Assembly: GCA_951406725.2 (NCBI GenBank)
Contig: OX597823.1
Span: 3,906,001 to 3,970,000, forward strand
Reading direction: 5' to 3'
DNA from: Octopus vulgaris
Lineage: Eukaryota
Length of the DNA: 64,000 bases
Shown here: one piece after another, positions 38,401 through 51,540 of the stretch
How the letters are laid out: every line of letters begins with the position of its first letter
Position numbering within the stretch: position 1 is the stretch's first letter
Notes under the pieces: model-generated
Databases searched by the model: none
Told to the model about the DNA's origin: nothing
Seen by the model: only the letters and a program-made list of their open reading frames with translations
Position numbers and translations under genes: made by a program

Positions 38401-41400
38401 GGAGTTGAAAAGCTGAAAGGACAGCCCAACGGAGTTATAAAAGCCGAAAGGACAGCCCAACGGAGTTGAGAAACAGAAAAGATAGCCAACGGAGTTGAAA
38501 AAGCTGAAAGGACAGCCCAACGGAGTTGAGAAACAGGAAGCATAGCCCAACGGATTTGAAAAAGCAGAAGAGATAGCCCAATGGAGTTGCGAAACAGAAA
38601 GGATAGCTCAACGGAGTTGAGAAACAGAAGGGATAGCTCAACGTAGCTGAGAAACAAAAAGGATAGCTCAAAGGAGTTGAGAAATAGAAAGGATAGCTCA
38701 AAGGAGTTGAGAAACAGAACGGGCAGCCCAAGGGATCAGAGAAACAGAAAGGATAGCTCAACGGAGTTGAGAAACAGAAAGGATAGCCCAACAGAGTTGA
38801 GAAACAAAAGGATAACCCAACGTAGTTGAGAAACAGAAAGGATATCCTAACGGAGTTGAGAAACAGAAAGAATAGCCCAACAGGGTTGAGAAACAGAAAG
38901 GATAACCCAACGGAGTTGAAAAAGCAGAAGGATAGCTCAACGGAATTGATAAACAGAAAGAATAGCCCAACGGATTCGAGAAACAGAAAGGATAACCGAA
39001 CGGATTTGAGAAACAGAAATGATACCTCAACGAAGTTGAGAAACAGAAAGGATAGCCCAACGGAGTTGGGAAACAGAAAGGATAGCTCAACAGAGTTGAG
39101 AAACAGAAAGGATAGCCCAACGGAGTTGAGAAACAGAAAGGATAACCCAACGGAGTTGAGAAACAGAAAGGATAACCGAACGGAGTTGAGAAACAGAAAG
39201 GATAGCTCAATGGAGGTGAGAAACAGAAAGGATAACCCAACGGAGTTGAGAAACAGAAAGGATAGCTCAACGGAGTTGAGAAACAGAAAGGATAACCCAA
39301 CGTAGTTGAGAAACAGAAAGGATAGCTCAACGGAGTTGAGAAACAGAAAGGATAACCCAACGGAGTTGAGAAACAGAAAGGATAACCCAACGGAGTTGAA
39401 AAAGCAGAAGGGATAGCTCAACGGAATTGATAAACAGAAAGAATAGCCCAACGGATTTGAGAAACAGAAAGGATAACCGAACGGATTTGAGAAACAGAAA
39501 TGATACCTCAACGGAGTTGAGAAACAGAAAGGATAGCTCAACAGAGTTGAGAAACAGAAAGGATAGCCCAACGGAGTTGAGAAACAGAAAGGATAACCCA
39601 ACGGAGTTGAGAAACAGAAAGGATAACCGAACGGATTTGAGAAACAGAAATGATACCTCAACGGAGTTGAGAAACAGAAAGGATAGCCCAACGGAGTTGA
39701 GAAACAGAAAGGATAGCTCAACGGAGTTGAGAAACAGAAAGGATAGCCCAACGGAGTTAAGAAACAGAGAGGACAGCTCAACGGAGTTGAGAAACAGAAA
39801 GGATAGCCCAACGGAGTTGAGAAACAGAAAGGATAGCCCAACTGAGTTGAGAAACAGAAAAGATAGCCCAACGGAGTTGAGAAACAGAAAGGATAGCACA
39901 ATGGAGTTGAGAAACAGAAAGGATAACCCAATGGAGTTGAGAAACAGAAAGGATAGCCCAACGGAGTTGAGAAACAGAAAGGATAACCCAACTGAGTTGA
40001 GAAACAGAAAGGATAACCCAACTGAGTTGAGAAACAGAAAGGATAGCTCAACGGAGTTGAGAAACAGAAATGATAGCCCAACGCAGTTGAGAAACAGAAA
40101 GGATAACCCAACGGAGTTGAGAAACAGAAAGGATAGCTCAACGGAATTGAGAAACAGAAAGAATAACCCAATGGAGTTGTAAAAGCTGAAAGGACAGCCC
40201 AACGGAGTTATAAAAGCCGAAAGGACAGCCCAACGGAGTTGAGAAACAGAAAAGATAGCCAACGGAGTTGAAAAAGCTGAAAGGACAGCCCAACGGAGTT
40301 GAGAAACAGGAAGCATAGCCCAACGGATTTGAAAAAGCAGAAGAGATAGCCCAATGGAGTTGCGAAACAGAAAGGATAGCTCAACGGAGTTGAGAAACAG
40401 AAGGGATAGCTCAACGTAGTTGAGAAACAAAAAGGATAGCTCAAAGGGGTTGAGAAATAGAAAGGATAGCTCAAAGGAGTTGAGAAACAGAACGGGCAGC
40501 CCAAGGGATCAGAGAAACAGAAAGGATAGCTCAACGGAGTTGAGAAACAGAAAGGATAGCCCAACGGAGTTGAGAAACAAAAGGATAACCCAACGTAGTT
40601 GAGAAACAGAAAGGATATCCCAACGGAGTTGAGAAACAGAAAGAATAGCCCAACAGGGTTGAGAAACAGAAAGGATAACCCAACGGAGTTGAAAAAGCAG
40701 AAGGGATAGCTCAACGGAATTGATAAACAGAAAGAATAGCCCAACGGATTCGAGAAACAGAAAGGATAACCGAACGGATTTGAGAAACAGAAATGATACC
40801 TCAACGGAGTTGAGAAACAGAAAGGATAGCCCAATGGAGTTGATAAAAAGAAAGGATAGCCCAACGGAGTTGAGAAACAGAAAGGATAGCCCAACGGAGT
40901 TAAGAAACAGAGAGGACAGCTCAACGGAGTTGAGAAACAGAAAAGATAGCCCAACGAGTTGAGAAACAGAAAGGATAGCCCAACTGGAGTTGAGAAACAG
41001 AAAAGATAGCCCAACGGAGTTGAGAAACAGAAAGGATAGCACAATGGAGTTGAGAAACAGAAAGGATAACCCAATGGAGTTGAGAAACAGAAAGGATAGC
41101 CCAACGGAGTTGAGAAACAGAAAGGATAACCCAACTGAGTTGAGAAACAGAAAGGATAACCCAACTGAGTTGAGAAACAGAAAGGATAGCTCAACGGAGT
41201 TGAGAAACAGAAATGATAGCCCAACGCAGTTGAGAAACAGAAAGGATAACCCAACGGAGTTGAGAAACAGAAAGGATAGCTCAACGGAATTGAGAAACAG
41301 AAAGAATAACCCAATGGAGTTGTAAAAGCTGAAAGGACAGCTCCAACGGAGTTATAAAAGCCGAAAGGACAGCCCAACGGAGTTGAGAAACAGAAAAGAT

Positions 41401-44022
41401 AGCCAACGGAGTTGAAAAAGCTGAAAGGACAGCCCAACGGAGTTGAGAAACAGGAAGCATAGCCCAACGGATTTGAAAAAGCAGAAGAGATAGCCCAATG
41501 GAGTTGCGAAACAGAAAGGATAGCTCAACGGAGTTGAGAAACAGAAGGATAGCTCAACGAGCTGAGAAACAAAAAGGATAGCTCAAAGGAGTTGAGAAAT
41601 AGAAAGGATAGCTCAAAGGAGTTGAGAAACAGAACGGGCAGCCCAAGGGATCAGAGAAACAGAAAGGATAGCTCAACGGAGTTGAGAAACAGAAAGGATA
41701 GCCCAACAGAGTTGAGAAACAAAAGGATAACCCAACGTAGTTGAGAAACAGAAAGGATATCCTAACGGAGTTGAGAAACAGAAAGAATAGCCCAACAGGG
41801 TTGAGAAACAGAAAGGATAACCCAACGGAGTTGAAAAAGCAGAAGGGATAGCTCAACGGAATTGATAAACAGAAAGAATAGCCCAACGGATTCGAGAAAC
41901 AGAAAGGATAACCGAACGGATTTGAGAAACAGAAATGATACCTCAACGAAGTTGAGAAACAGAAAGGATAGCCCAACGGAGTTGGGAAACAGAAAGGATA
42001 GCTCAACAGAGTTGAGAAACAGAAAGGATAGCCCAACGGAGTTGAGAAACAGAAAGGATAACCCAACGGAGTTGAGAAACAGAAAGGATAACCGAACGGA
42101 TTTGAGAAACAGAAATGATACCTCAACGGAGTTGAGAAACAGAAAGGATAGCCCAACGGAGTTGAGAAACAGAAAGGATAGCTCAACGGAGTTGAGAAAC
42201 AGAAAGGATAACCCAACGGAGTTGAGAAACAGAAAGGATAGCTCAACGGAGTTGAGAAACAGAAAGGATAACCCAACGGAGTTGAGAAACAGAAAGGATA
42301 GCTCAATGGAGTTGAGAAACAGAAAGGATAACCCAACGGAGTTGAGAAACAGAAAGGATAGCTCAACGGAGTTGAGAAACAGAAAGGATAACCCAACGTA
42401 GTTGAGAAACAGAAAGGATAGCTCAACGGAGTTGAGAAACAGAAAGGATAACCCAACGGAGTTGAGAAACAGAAAGGATACCTCAACGGAGTTGAGAAAC
42501 AGAAATGATAGCCCAACGGAGTTGAAAAAGCAGAACGGATAGCCCAACGGAGTTGAGAAACAGAAAGGATAACCCAACGGAGTTGAGAAACAGAAAGGAT
42601 AGCTCAACGGAGTTGAGAAACAGAAAGGATAACCCAACGGAGTTGAGAAACAGAAAGGATAGCTCAACGGAGTTGAGAAACAGAAAGGATAACCTAACGG
42701 AGTTGAGAAACAGAAAGGATAGCTCAACGGAGTTGAGAAACAGAAAGGATAACCCAACGGAGTTGAGAAACAGAAAGGATAGCTCAACGGAGTTGAGAAA
42801 CAGAAAGGATAACCCAACGTAGTTGAGAAACAGAAAGGATAGCTCAACGGAGTTGAGAAACAGAAGGGATAACCCAACGGAGTTGAGAAACAGAAAGGAT
42901 AGCTCAACGGAGTTGAGAAACAGAAATGATAGCCCAACGGAGTTGAAAAAGCAGAACGGATAGCCCAACGGAGTTGAGAAACAGAAAGGATAGCTCAACG
43001 GAGTTGAGAAACAGAAAGGATAACCCAACGGAGTTGAGAAACAGAAAGGATAGCTCAATGGAGTTGAGAAACAGAAAGGATAACCCAACGGAGTTGTGAA
43101 ACAGAAAGGATAGCCCAACGGAGTTGAGAAACAGAAAGGATAGCTCAACGGAGTTGAGAAACAGAAAGGATAACCCAACGGAGTTGAGAAACAGAAAGGA
43201 TAGCTCAACGGAGTTGAGAAACAGAAAGGATAACCCAACTGAGTTGAGAAACAGAAAGGATAGCTCAATGGAGTTGAGAAACAGAAAGGATAACCCAACG
43301 GAGTTGAGAAACAGAAAGGATAGCTCAACGGAGTTGAGAAACAGAAAGGATAACCCAACGGAGTTGAGAAACAGAAAGGATAGCTCAACAGAGTTGAGAA
43401 ACAGAAAGGATAACCCAACGGAGTTGAGAAACAGAAAGGATACCTCAACGAAGTTGTGAAACAGAAAGGATAGCCCAACGGAGTTGAGAAACAGAAAGGA
43501 TAGCCCAACGAGTTGAGAAACAGAAATGATAGCCCAACGGAGTTGAAAAAGCAGAACGGATAGCCCAACGGAGTCGAGAAGCAGAAAGGATAGCTCAACG
43601 GAGTTGAGAAACAGAAGGGATAGCTCAACGGAGTTGAGAAACAGAAGGGATAGCCCAACGGAGTTGAGAAACAGAAAGGATAGCTCAATGGAGTTGAGAA
43701 ACAGAAAGGATAACCCAACGGAGTTGAGAAACAGAAAGGATAGCTCAATGGAGTTGAGAAACAGAAAGGATAACCCAACGGAGTTGAGAAACAGAAAGGA
43801 TAGCTCAATGGAGTTGAGAAACAGAAATGATAGCCCAACGGAGTTGAAAAAGCAGAACGGATAGCCCAACGGAGTCGAGAAACAGAAAGGATAGCTCAAC
43901 GGAGTTGAGAAACAGAAGGGATAGCCCAACGGAGTTGAGAAACAGAAAGGATAGCTCAACGGAGTTGAGAAACAGAAAGGATAGCCCAACGGAGTTGAAA
44001 AAGCCGAAAGGACAGTCCAAAC
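32485..44022 (+). repeat. 30-bp tandem satellite (~380 monomers; consensus GAGTTGAGAAACAGAAAGGATAGCCCAACG) with higher-order structure
   Basis: Continuous array. The landmark variant GAACGGGCAGCCCAAGGGATCAG occurs at 33398, 34691, 35833, 37635, 38717, 40490 and 41632. Confidence 0.98.
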
Positions 44023-44075
44023 AGTGGAAAAAAATCAATGGTTTATGCACCATAGGGAGTGAAGGGCTTAAGTAC
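44023..44075 (+). mobile_element. Extreme C-terminus of an RTE-type ORF
   Basis: Frame reads QWKKINGLCTIGSEGLK, resembling RTE ORF ends of the type (DR..)W...V.GLCS.GS..K followed by a taagta-like tail. Confidence 0.6.
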
Positions 44076-45742
44076 AGACAGTATCAGCGAGATACTGTAT
44101 ACAACAAGATTGGACCTTTTCAATTACCGATGTATTCCACACTCTAGGCTTCAGTACAATTTACTTCTAAGTTTGCTAGAACATTCATCGTCTACCAGAG
44201 AATATAAAAAATTTCATTTACCCAAGAATCTATGTAGTGGGACTGAACTTAGAATTTCGTGTTTGTGAATCAAACTTCTTAACCATTTGCCTATATGGGG
44301 CTTACAATGGGAGGTGAAAATAATAGAAAGAAAACCTAGGAATGAGAAAGTTGTGTGTGTGCACAGGAGCTAATGCAAGAACCTCTATGAGTTGGCTTGA
44401 CAAATAACAATAAGAGGGAGACAGTGCATTCAAGGAAATAAGAGAGGATAGAAGAGGCACGAACTAGAATGAAAGAAAGAGAGAAAATAGGGAGATGGTG
44501 CAGGAACAAAAATAAATAAAAAATGAGAAATTCTATTAAAAAATAAGCGAAAGATTGGTGTGACAAAGAGGGGGAAGAGAAGAGGGGAATAAAGAAAATA
44601 TGAATGAGATAATTGAGAAATAGGCAGAAAGAGAGAGAGGAAAGAGACTACGATAAAGAAAGATGAAGATAAAAAAAAGAGAACCGGACTAGAAACTTGA
44701 TTTAACAATAATAGACCCATATATACATATATGTGTGTGTATATACTATGCATATGTATGTATGTATGTGAATCTCTGTCTGTCTGTCTCTCTCTCTCTC
44801 TTTCTGTATGTGTATGTATGTATGTATGTATGCATGTATGTATGTGCGTTGATGTGTATGTATAATGTACATGTACATGTGCGAGTGAATACCACCAAAT
44901 ACAGACACATACACACAGTAGGTAAATAAAACAAAGAATAAGATAGGAGAGAGATTAGAAAACATGGTAGAACCTACATTGTTGCACGGTCATAATAACA
45001 TGGTATTTATTTATTTTATCAACGAAAGATCCTTTATTCTAGCTTTATATATCTGTTTCATGATGTGTTGAGCGGGGTGGGGGAAAGACAGGCATATCAT
45101 GGGGGGAGGGGGATTTGGCATCTGTCGTGTGCTATTGTCTTCTAAGTTTGCTGGAAGATTCAATTGGCAATGAATAATATAATGAATAAATAAAAGATAA
45201 AAAAAAAAGAAAGAAAAAGAATAAAAGTAAGAGAAAGATAAAAATATAAATGAATAAATAAGCTTTTGAGTCTGAAAGGCACACGGTTCAGAAGAATGTT
45301 TCAGTAATTGTGTGTGTGTGTGTGTGTGTGTACGTGTGTGCACGTGCATATACATACACATATATACATGTACACACAGATGTAGATAGATAGATAGATA
45401 GATAGATGAATGGACAGACAGCAGATAGATGGACAGATGGAATTGAATCCAAGGAGATTAGTAGTGGCCTACATCGTCAAAACCTGCTTTTATTAAGAAA
45501 AAGCATCAGGAAGGGCACAGTGAAATTCCCGTGGGGAGTGGAATATCCAACTTTTAGGATAGAGCCCTTTTTTCAGAGTAAAAGAGACACGATGAAAATA
45601 AAGACAGGAGAGTTTTGTATCATCTATGGGTAAGGAACTAGGAGACAGATATACATATAGAGACAGACAGGTAAACAGATTCACAGATTGAAAAAAATGG
45701 ACAGCTATGCAAATAGATGGATGAATATAGAGATAGACAGAT

Positions 45743-45773
<31 letters not shown>

Positions 45774-46320
45774 TAGGCATGTTTATGATTGTCCAAAGAA
45801 TTCGATGTTGACCATCTTTTACAGGCAACAACTATAATTTATGCTACACCTCCCATGTTCCTCCATGAGTGAGGAAACAATGGGAGTGGTAATATTTCCT
45901 CATGACAGATGTGTGGGATATATCCATCTGGTACAACAACGTACAACTCTGAGACCCAAGATCCATGAAAGACATTGCAGGAGAAGATAATGGTACAATG
46001 AAACTTCAAAGTGGCATAAAGTTGTGCATTTCCTTGTATCAGTAACTTCGCTATAAAGGTGACAGATCTAGTAGCAAGGATGATCTAAGATGACCAGCCG
46101 AGAGATGGCTATTGAGAAATATGTCCATAACTATCCATTTATCTTGAAGCCTGTGCTTTTCCTTAATGCCATGTCAGTTTTGGAGAAATCCTTGATTATT
46201 GAAATGATCTCCCCTTTTCAAGTGAAGCTGATCATAATTGCACTTTAGTAATTATGATACAGAAATAAATTTAATAAATCAAGAATTTATGTTGTATGGT
46301 GTTTGACAAACCTGTATTTG

Positions 46321-46352
<32 letters not shown>

Positions 46353-47211
46353 GTGTGTGCGTGTGTGTGAGAGATTTAAATTACATGACATATTACTAGT
46401 AATTATAGCTTCATAACATTTTTATTCTTCAAAAGAAAGAACTGTGAGAACTCATAGTCCAAATTTCCTTTCACTGGACTCCATAGTTAGAAAGATTTCT
46501 TACTATATGTAGAAAAAAAAACAAAAGCAGAAGAGTTTGTTCATAAATTATTTAGTTACATTATCTTGCATGTATTTCATTAATAATAATATTATCCATT
46601 ATAAGCAGATTACATTATCAAATCATCAGAGATTGTGTAATAGTAGTAAATAAGTTTTAAAGCTTATACTCAGCTCTGGATAGTATTATGGCAACAATAA
46701 CCCACTAGTTATGATCAGAGTACCCAACACTTTTCAGGTACATTGGCCACTCTTCAGAGGACAACTTCCCCACAACCTTTTTCCCCAACAAAGAGAATAT
46801 TATAGCAATTGCTATTTAAATCAAACATAAACCATTATGTTCCCATTTCCAAATAACGTGTCCAATATTTTCTTCTCTTTGACAAACAAATAACTGCTAA
46901 AGGCAAGTTTATTCTTAATTTGTTCCCTTATAGCATACTACAGAGTGATTTGATTAAGCTTAGTTCTTCTCAACTTACAGATTCGATTTTCCTACAGCAA
47001 AACCAAGAAAATGTTTGTAAATATTACAAAATGAAAGGATAAAGAAACTATTGTGTCCTCTTCTTCGTTTCTATATAGTCACAGAAAAAGTCATTGGATG
47101 CTTCAAACCCATGACCAAACTTCTTAAGCATTAAATTTTCCAAAAGCAATTACACTTATCTTGGACCAAATAAACTAAATTCCTCCATCTTGCCTACTCA
47201 ACTTTCTTTAA

Positions 47212-47431
47212 CCCTTTAGCATTTAAACTGGCCATATCAGACTCAACTAATTTACCTGTTTTATGTTCAAACTGGCCAGATTCAGACTCTCACATCTACC
47301 ATACAATGTCATTCTAAAAGTATACAATCACATCATTGAAATGTCAAAGCTATGAGATAATGCATGATTAATTTAAATCAATTTGAATAAATAAGCATTG
47401 TATTTGACTAAGTAATCTTAATGCCAAAGGG
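47212..47431. mobile_element. piggyBac-like MITE
   Basis: TTAA|CCCTTTAGCATT...AATGCCAAAGGG|TTAA, with TTAA TSD at 47208-47211 and 47432-47435. Confidence 0.82.
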
Positions 47432-48983
47432 TTAAATGTAATTCCCTTTGGATTAATAAGCACTCCCCTATGCTCTTCATCTTTATCATAGATGTCAGCA
47501 ATTTAGCTGAGATTAGCCATCTCATTGGCCTTTAATTCTCTCAAAATATAAGGATATATTATTCCCTTGGAATATATTATTCTTGTACTGCAACAGTGGC
47601 CTTCTAAATCTCAACATTCAGCAATCCATAACTCATCAAGATGTTCTTGTAAAATGTCTTTAAGGACTTAAATCTTGAAATTACAGCATATTGATTGTAC
47701 TTATTTGCATATCAGGACACTTTGTAAGTGCTGAAGAAGTGTAATATATGTGGATATATGTGTATATATGTGTAATATATGTGGATAAATTGTGACTGTC
47801 CTATAGACCCTCTGGTTTAACCACAGGGTCTAAGATCTATTTGTACAGAGAGCCTAAATGTATATCAAGCATTCTGTGAACATATTCTATACACACACGC
47901 ACATATATTTAAACACACACGTATGTATAAATATATTATTTGGCATTGTTACAAAAAAGTTACAAAAAAACAAACAAAATACAGGTGCCAGGGGAGTCTG
48001 GCATCGGCCACGATCGGTTGGTGCTTTTAACGTGCCACCGGAACGGAAGCCAGCTGGCAGTCTTGAATTAAAATCTTCCACAATTAGTTGGGTCTGATAT
48101 GGCCAATTTATGTTCACAATTTATGTTCCTAGTACTAGATTAATGATAACTAAGTTATTTTACTAAATTTTTTGTTATATTTAAAATTAATTGAAAGAAA
48201 CACAGAGCATCTCAAAATAAATACAGTAACGAAAGGGTTCAAGGTAAAACTTGAAATCCCTGTCAATCCAACAGTATCAACATGTGTGTGTGCGCATGCA
48301 TAGAATATGGGTTGTGTGCCTAACAGATAAGTATACACAAAAACATATACATATGTGTATGTGTACATGTATGTGGAGCAGGGGTTGCATGTCTGACAAC
48401 CAAGTACACACACACAGACCATCATACTTTTGAATTTTCTTACAATTGGGATCTACCACACTTACCTATGCACACATACAGAATACACGTAACTGCAGGA
48501 TCTATTTATTTAAACCCCACTCGCTTATATTTCTTTTATAAACTCACAGCTTCCTTGTGTTTACAAAATCTATTTCCTTTTAATTCTTCATAAAAGAAAC
48601 AAAAATAGATGCTATTTCCTAACCTACAATAGTTATATAATTTCAAAGACTTCATCCTGCCAAATTCAAAAGTTACTCATACATATACTTCCATCTCTCT
48701 ATTTTCTTTGTGTTAAACTTGCAAGCATGGCTTCGTGGTTAAGCAGTTTGCTGAGTAACCAGCAGTTTCAAGTTCAATCCCACTGTATAGCACCTTGAGC
48801 AAACGTCTTTTACTATAGCCTCAAATCAACCAATTTCTTTTGAAATCTCAATGTATTTACTATCATCATCATCATCACACAATCTGATGATGGCAAGTAA
48901 GCTAAAACTTTGAAGTCTCTGTCAACCTTTACCATCTGAAAATTAATACATACTTTACTGAAAAGTCTTCAGTGACCCTTCAA

Positions 48984-49197
48984 CACTTTAACATTTAAAC
49001 CCACTACATCCAGCTCATATATTCCATTTGTTTTATGTTTAAGCTGGCCAGATCGAGCTTTTCACACCTACCCTACAATGTCATCCTAAAAATCGACATC
49101 ATTGAAATCTCAAACTTACAAGATAACGCATGATTAATTAAAAACAGTGTGAATAAATGAGTATTTCATTTGACTGAGTAATCTGAATGACAAAGGG
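48984..49197. mobile_element. piggyBac-like MITE, second copy
   Basis: Homologous to 47212-47431; ends in GACAAAGGG|TTAA. Confidence 0.7.
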
Positions 49198-49249
49198 TTA
49201 ATGTTAAATTGTTCTTATATGTAACTTGACGTAAAAACAAGCATCAAAA

Positions 49250-49281
<32 letters not shown>

Positions 49282-49282
49282 A

Positions 49283-49570
49283 AGGCATGTGGTGTAGCAG
49301 TTAGGTCTGTTGCAAGCACGATTGTGAGATATTGGTTTTGATTCTCAGACCATCTGTGCATTGTGTTCTTGAGCAAAACACTTCATTTCATGTTGCTCCA
49401 GTCCACTGAGATATAAATGGGTCCCACTGTAACAGACTAACCTTCCAATCAGGGGGAATGTTGGCCAGCTTGTCTAGCCAGTGGGGTGATACAATTCGAA
49501 AGCTAAAATAATGTGAGGTGTATTGTGACCAGCAATGTATAACAACATTTGAGAGCCTGGCCAATACCAT
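49283..49570 (+). mobile_element. CORE-type SINE family D
   Basis: ggcatgtggtgtagcagttagg...gtgttcttgagcaaaacacttcatttcatgttgctccagtccactgag. Confidence 0.7.
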
Positions 49571-50267
49571 AATAGTGTGATATGTGTGTGTATATGTGCA
49601 TAACTGTGTTTTTTTGATATAGGTATGCATATATGTCTGTGCATGTTTCTGTTTGTGGGTGTGATCCTCTGTCTCTGTATTCAATAAATATTTATATGCA
49701 CAAACAGCATGAGGTAGAAAATCTAAGTTAAATTTAATATAGTTTAACTAGTTTGTAACACTTTAACAGCTGAAAGTAAACAGTTGTAAACAGATAAAAA
49801 TACTTCTTAATGTTGTTATTCAACAGAAAATAAGGAGCTGGCTCTTATTTCTTTCTTGACTAAGAGAAAAGTAAGATATATATATATATATATAAATATA
49901 TGTTGATGAGCATGTACATTTATACACATGCACATGCATACACACATACATATATGCATACAAGGTGGAGAATAAGCAGTGAGGTTAGAGCACAGGATAG
50001 ATTGCTATGCAATAATTGTTCCAACTTAGTCAGTTCAAATCTTGCAGAGGTTAAATTTGTCCTTCATCCTTTTGGAGTTATTAAATATAATACCAGGTCT
50101 GCACTGTGGTTAATTATTCTCTTTCTCTAAATCATGCTTTCTGTCTGTTTATCTCTCTCTATTACGGGAAGAAATCAATTGTGGGGAAACATGGACAGAG
50201 ATGTACTCTCTCTCTCTCTCTCTCTTTTTTTCATATGTGTGCTTGTGTGTGTGTGTGTGTGTGTGTG

Positions 50268-50632
50268 TAGCTTGCTTACCAACCACATGATTCTGGGTTC
50301 AGTCCCACTGCATGGCACCTTGAGCAAGTGTCTTCTACTATAGCCTCAGGCTGACCAAAGCATTGAGAGTGAATTTGGTAGATGGAAATTGAAAGAAGCC
50401 CTTCATATATATGTGTGTGTGTGTGTGTGTTTGTGTATCTGTGTTTGTCCCCTCAACATCGCTTGACAACTGATGGTGGTGTGTTTACATCCCCATAACT
50501 TAGCGGTTCGGCAAAAGAAAACTGATAGAATAAGTACTAAGCTTATAAAAAATAAGTCCTGGGGTTGATTTGCTCGACTAAAGGCCGCATGGCCATAGTC
50601 AAATGGCTGAAACAAATAAAAGAATAAAAGAA
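50268..50632 (+). mobile_element. SINE family A
   Basis: Homolog of 8808-9202 with the 5' end merged into (TG)n. Confidence 0.85.
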
Positions 50633-51404
50633 TATTATATATAAATATATATATATATATATATAAGAGACGAAAGTGTACATACGATGCTATATGTTTA
50701 TATATAAAAAATACAAAATGGGACAAGAATGCAAAACATCCAGACGGTTAGGTGATACAAAAAAGGGACAACAAACATCCAGATAGACGATACAAAGAAA
50801 ACAAGGCTGGGTCATTCGGAGTTTTCTTTCTTCAGTTGAGTTCCAGATTATCTTTGCAATTTTGGCTGGTTATACTTGAGATTGCTCCAATCTGGCTAGC
50901 CCCAAGGAAAAACTAAGCTAAGAGCATTAGATTCCTTGGAAGAAAGCAGCAAATGTATACGAAAACAAGGACAGGAAGAAATGGAGAATGTTACACAAAT
51001 ACAATTAACAGAACATAATAACAGATGTCTTTCGACTAAGGAAGAATTAAATTAAGCTGGGGTGTGTGGAAGTAAAGCCTTATGGCAGGGATACAAAATT
51101 TCACAGGCAAAAGGAGGAATATAGATGTTGCATGGACGGAGGCCAAACCAAGAAAGAAAGGTCAGGCTTGGCCAAACACTGGTCACGTGGGGAGAGAAGA
51201 GAGAGGTAGAGGCAGAGGGACAGAAGAAATAAAGAGCGGTGAGGAAAAATGACAGGGACACAGTGAAGTGAAAAGAGAAGGAAAAGTGAGCACAAAGAGA
51301 AGGCAAGGAAATGTGAGAGAGGGGAAACGAAAGAACGAAGAGTGGAATGAACGAAGTAAGTGTGAAAGGACTGATAGAAAGGATATATATATATATACGG
51401 TTCT

Positions 51405-51499
51405 ATATTTAAGAGATGAGGAATTATGTACATTATTTACATTTGACGGATATTAACAAGAGGAGGACAAATATCCGTTAAATTCAAATAATGTAAATA

Positions 51500-51505
<6 letters not shown>
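51405..51505. mobile_element. Collapsed inverted-arm relic of the 13020-13435 family
   Basis: atatttaagagatgaggaattatgtacattatttacatttgacggatatt joined to aacaagaggaggacaaatatccgttaaattcaaataatgtaaataa. Confidence 0.65.

Positions 51506-51540
<35 letters not shown>

Noticed and set aside
32485-44022. CRISPR array
   Set aside because: Monomers are directly adjacent with no unique spacers; no cas genes; eukaryotic repeat context.
32421-44147. Long repetitive protein ORFs (ELRNRKDSPT)n, (GYPFCFSTPL)n and (LSFLFLNSVG)n
   Set aside because: A 30-bp unit is stop-free in several frames by construction. Stops (ACG TAG, TTG TAA) and 29/31-bp monomers recur at the same HOR positions, so they are real rather than read errors, and no frame is maintained.
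48884-48912. CTGATGA hammerhead-like motif
   Set aside because: The GAAA box is absent (TAAAAC) and I see no convincing stem I.
50660-51395. Possible Penelope-like remnant with a hammerhead on the minus strand
   Set aside because: Looks like a dispersed repeat, but no protein motif or complete ribozyme core could be read, so it is left unassigned.
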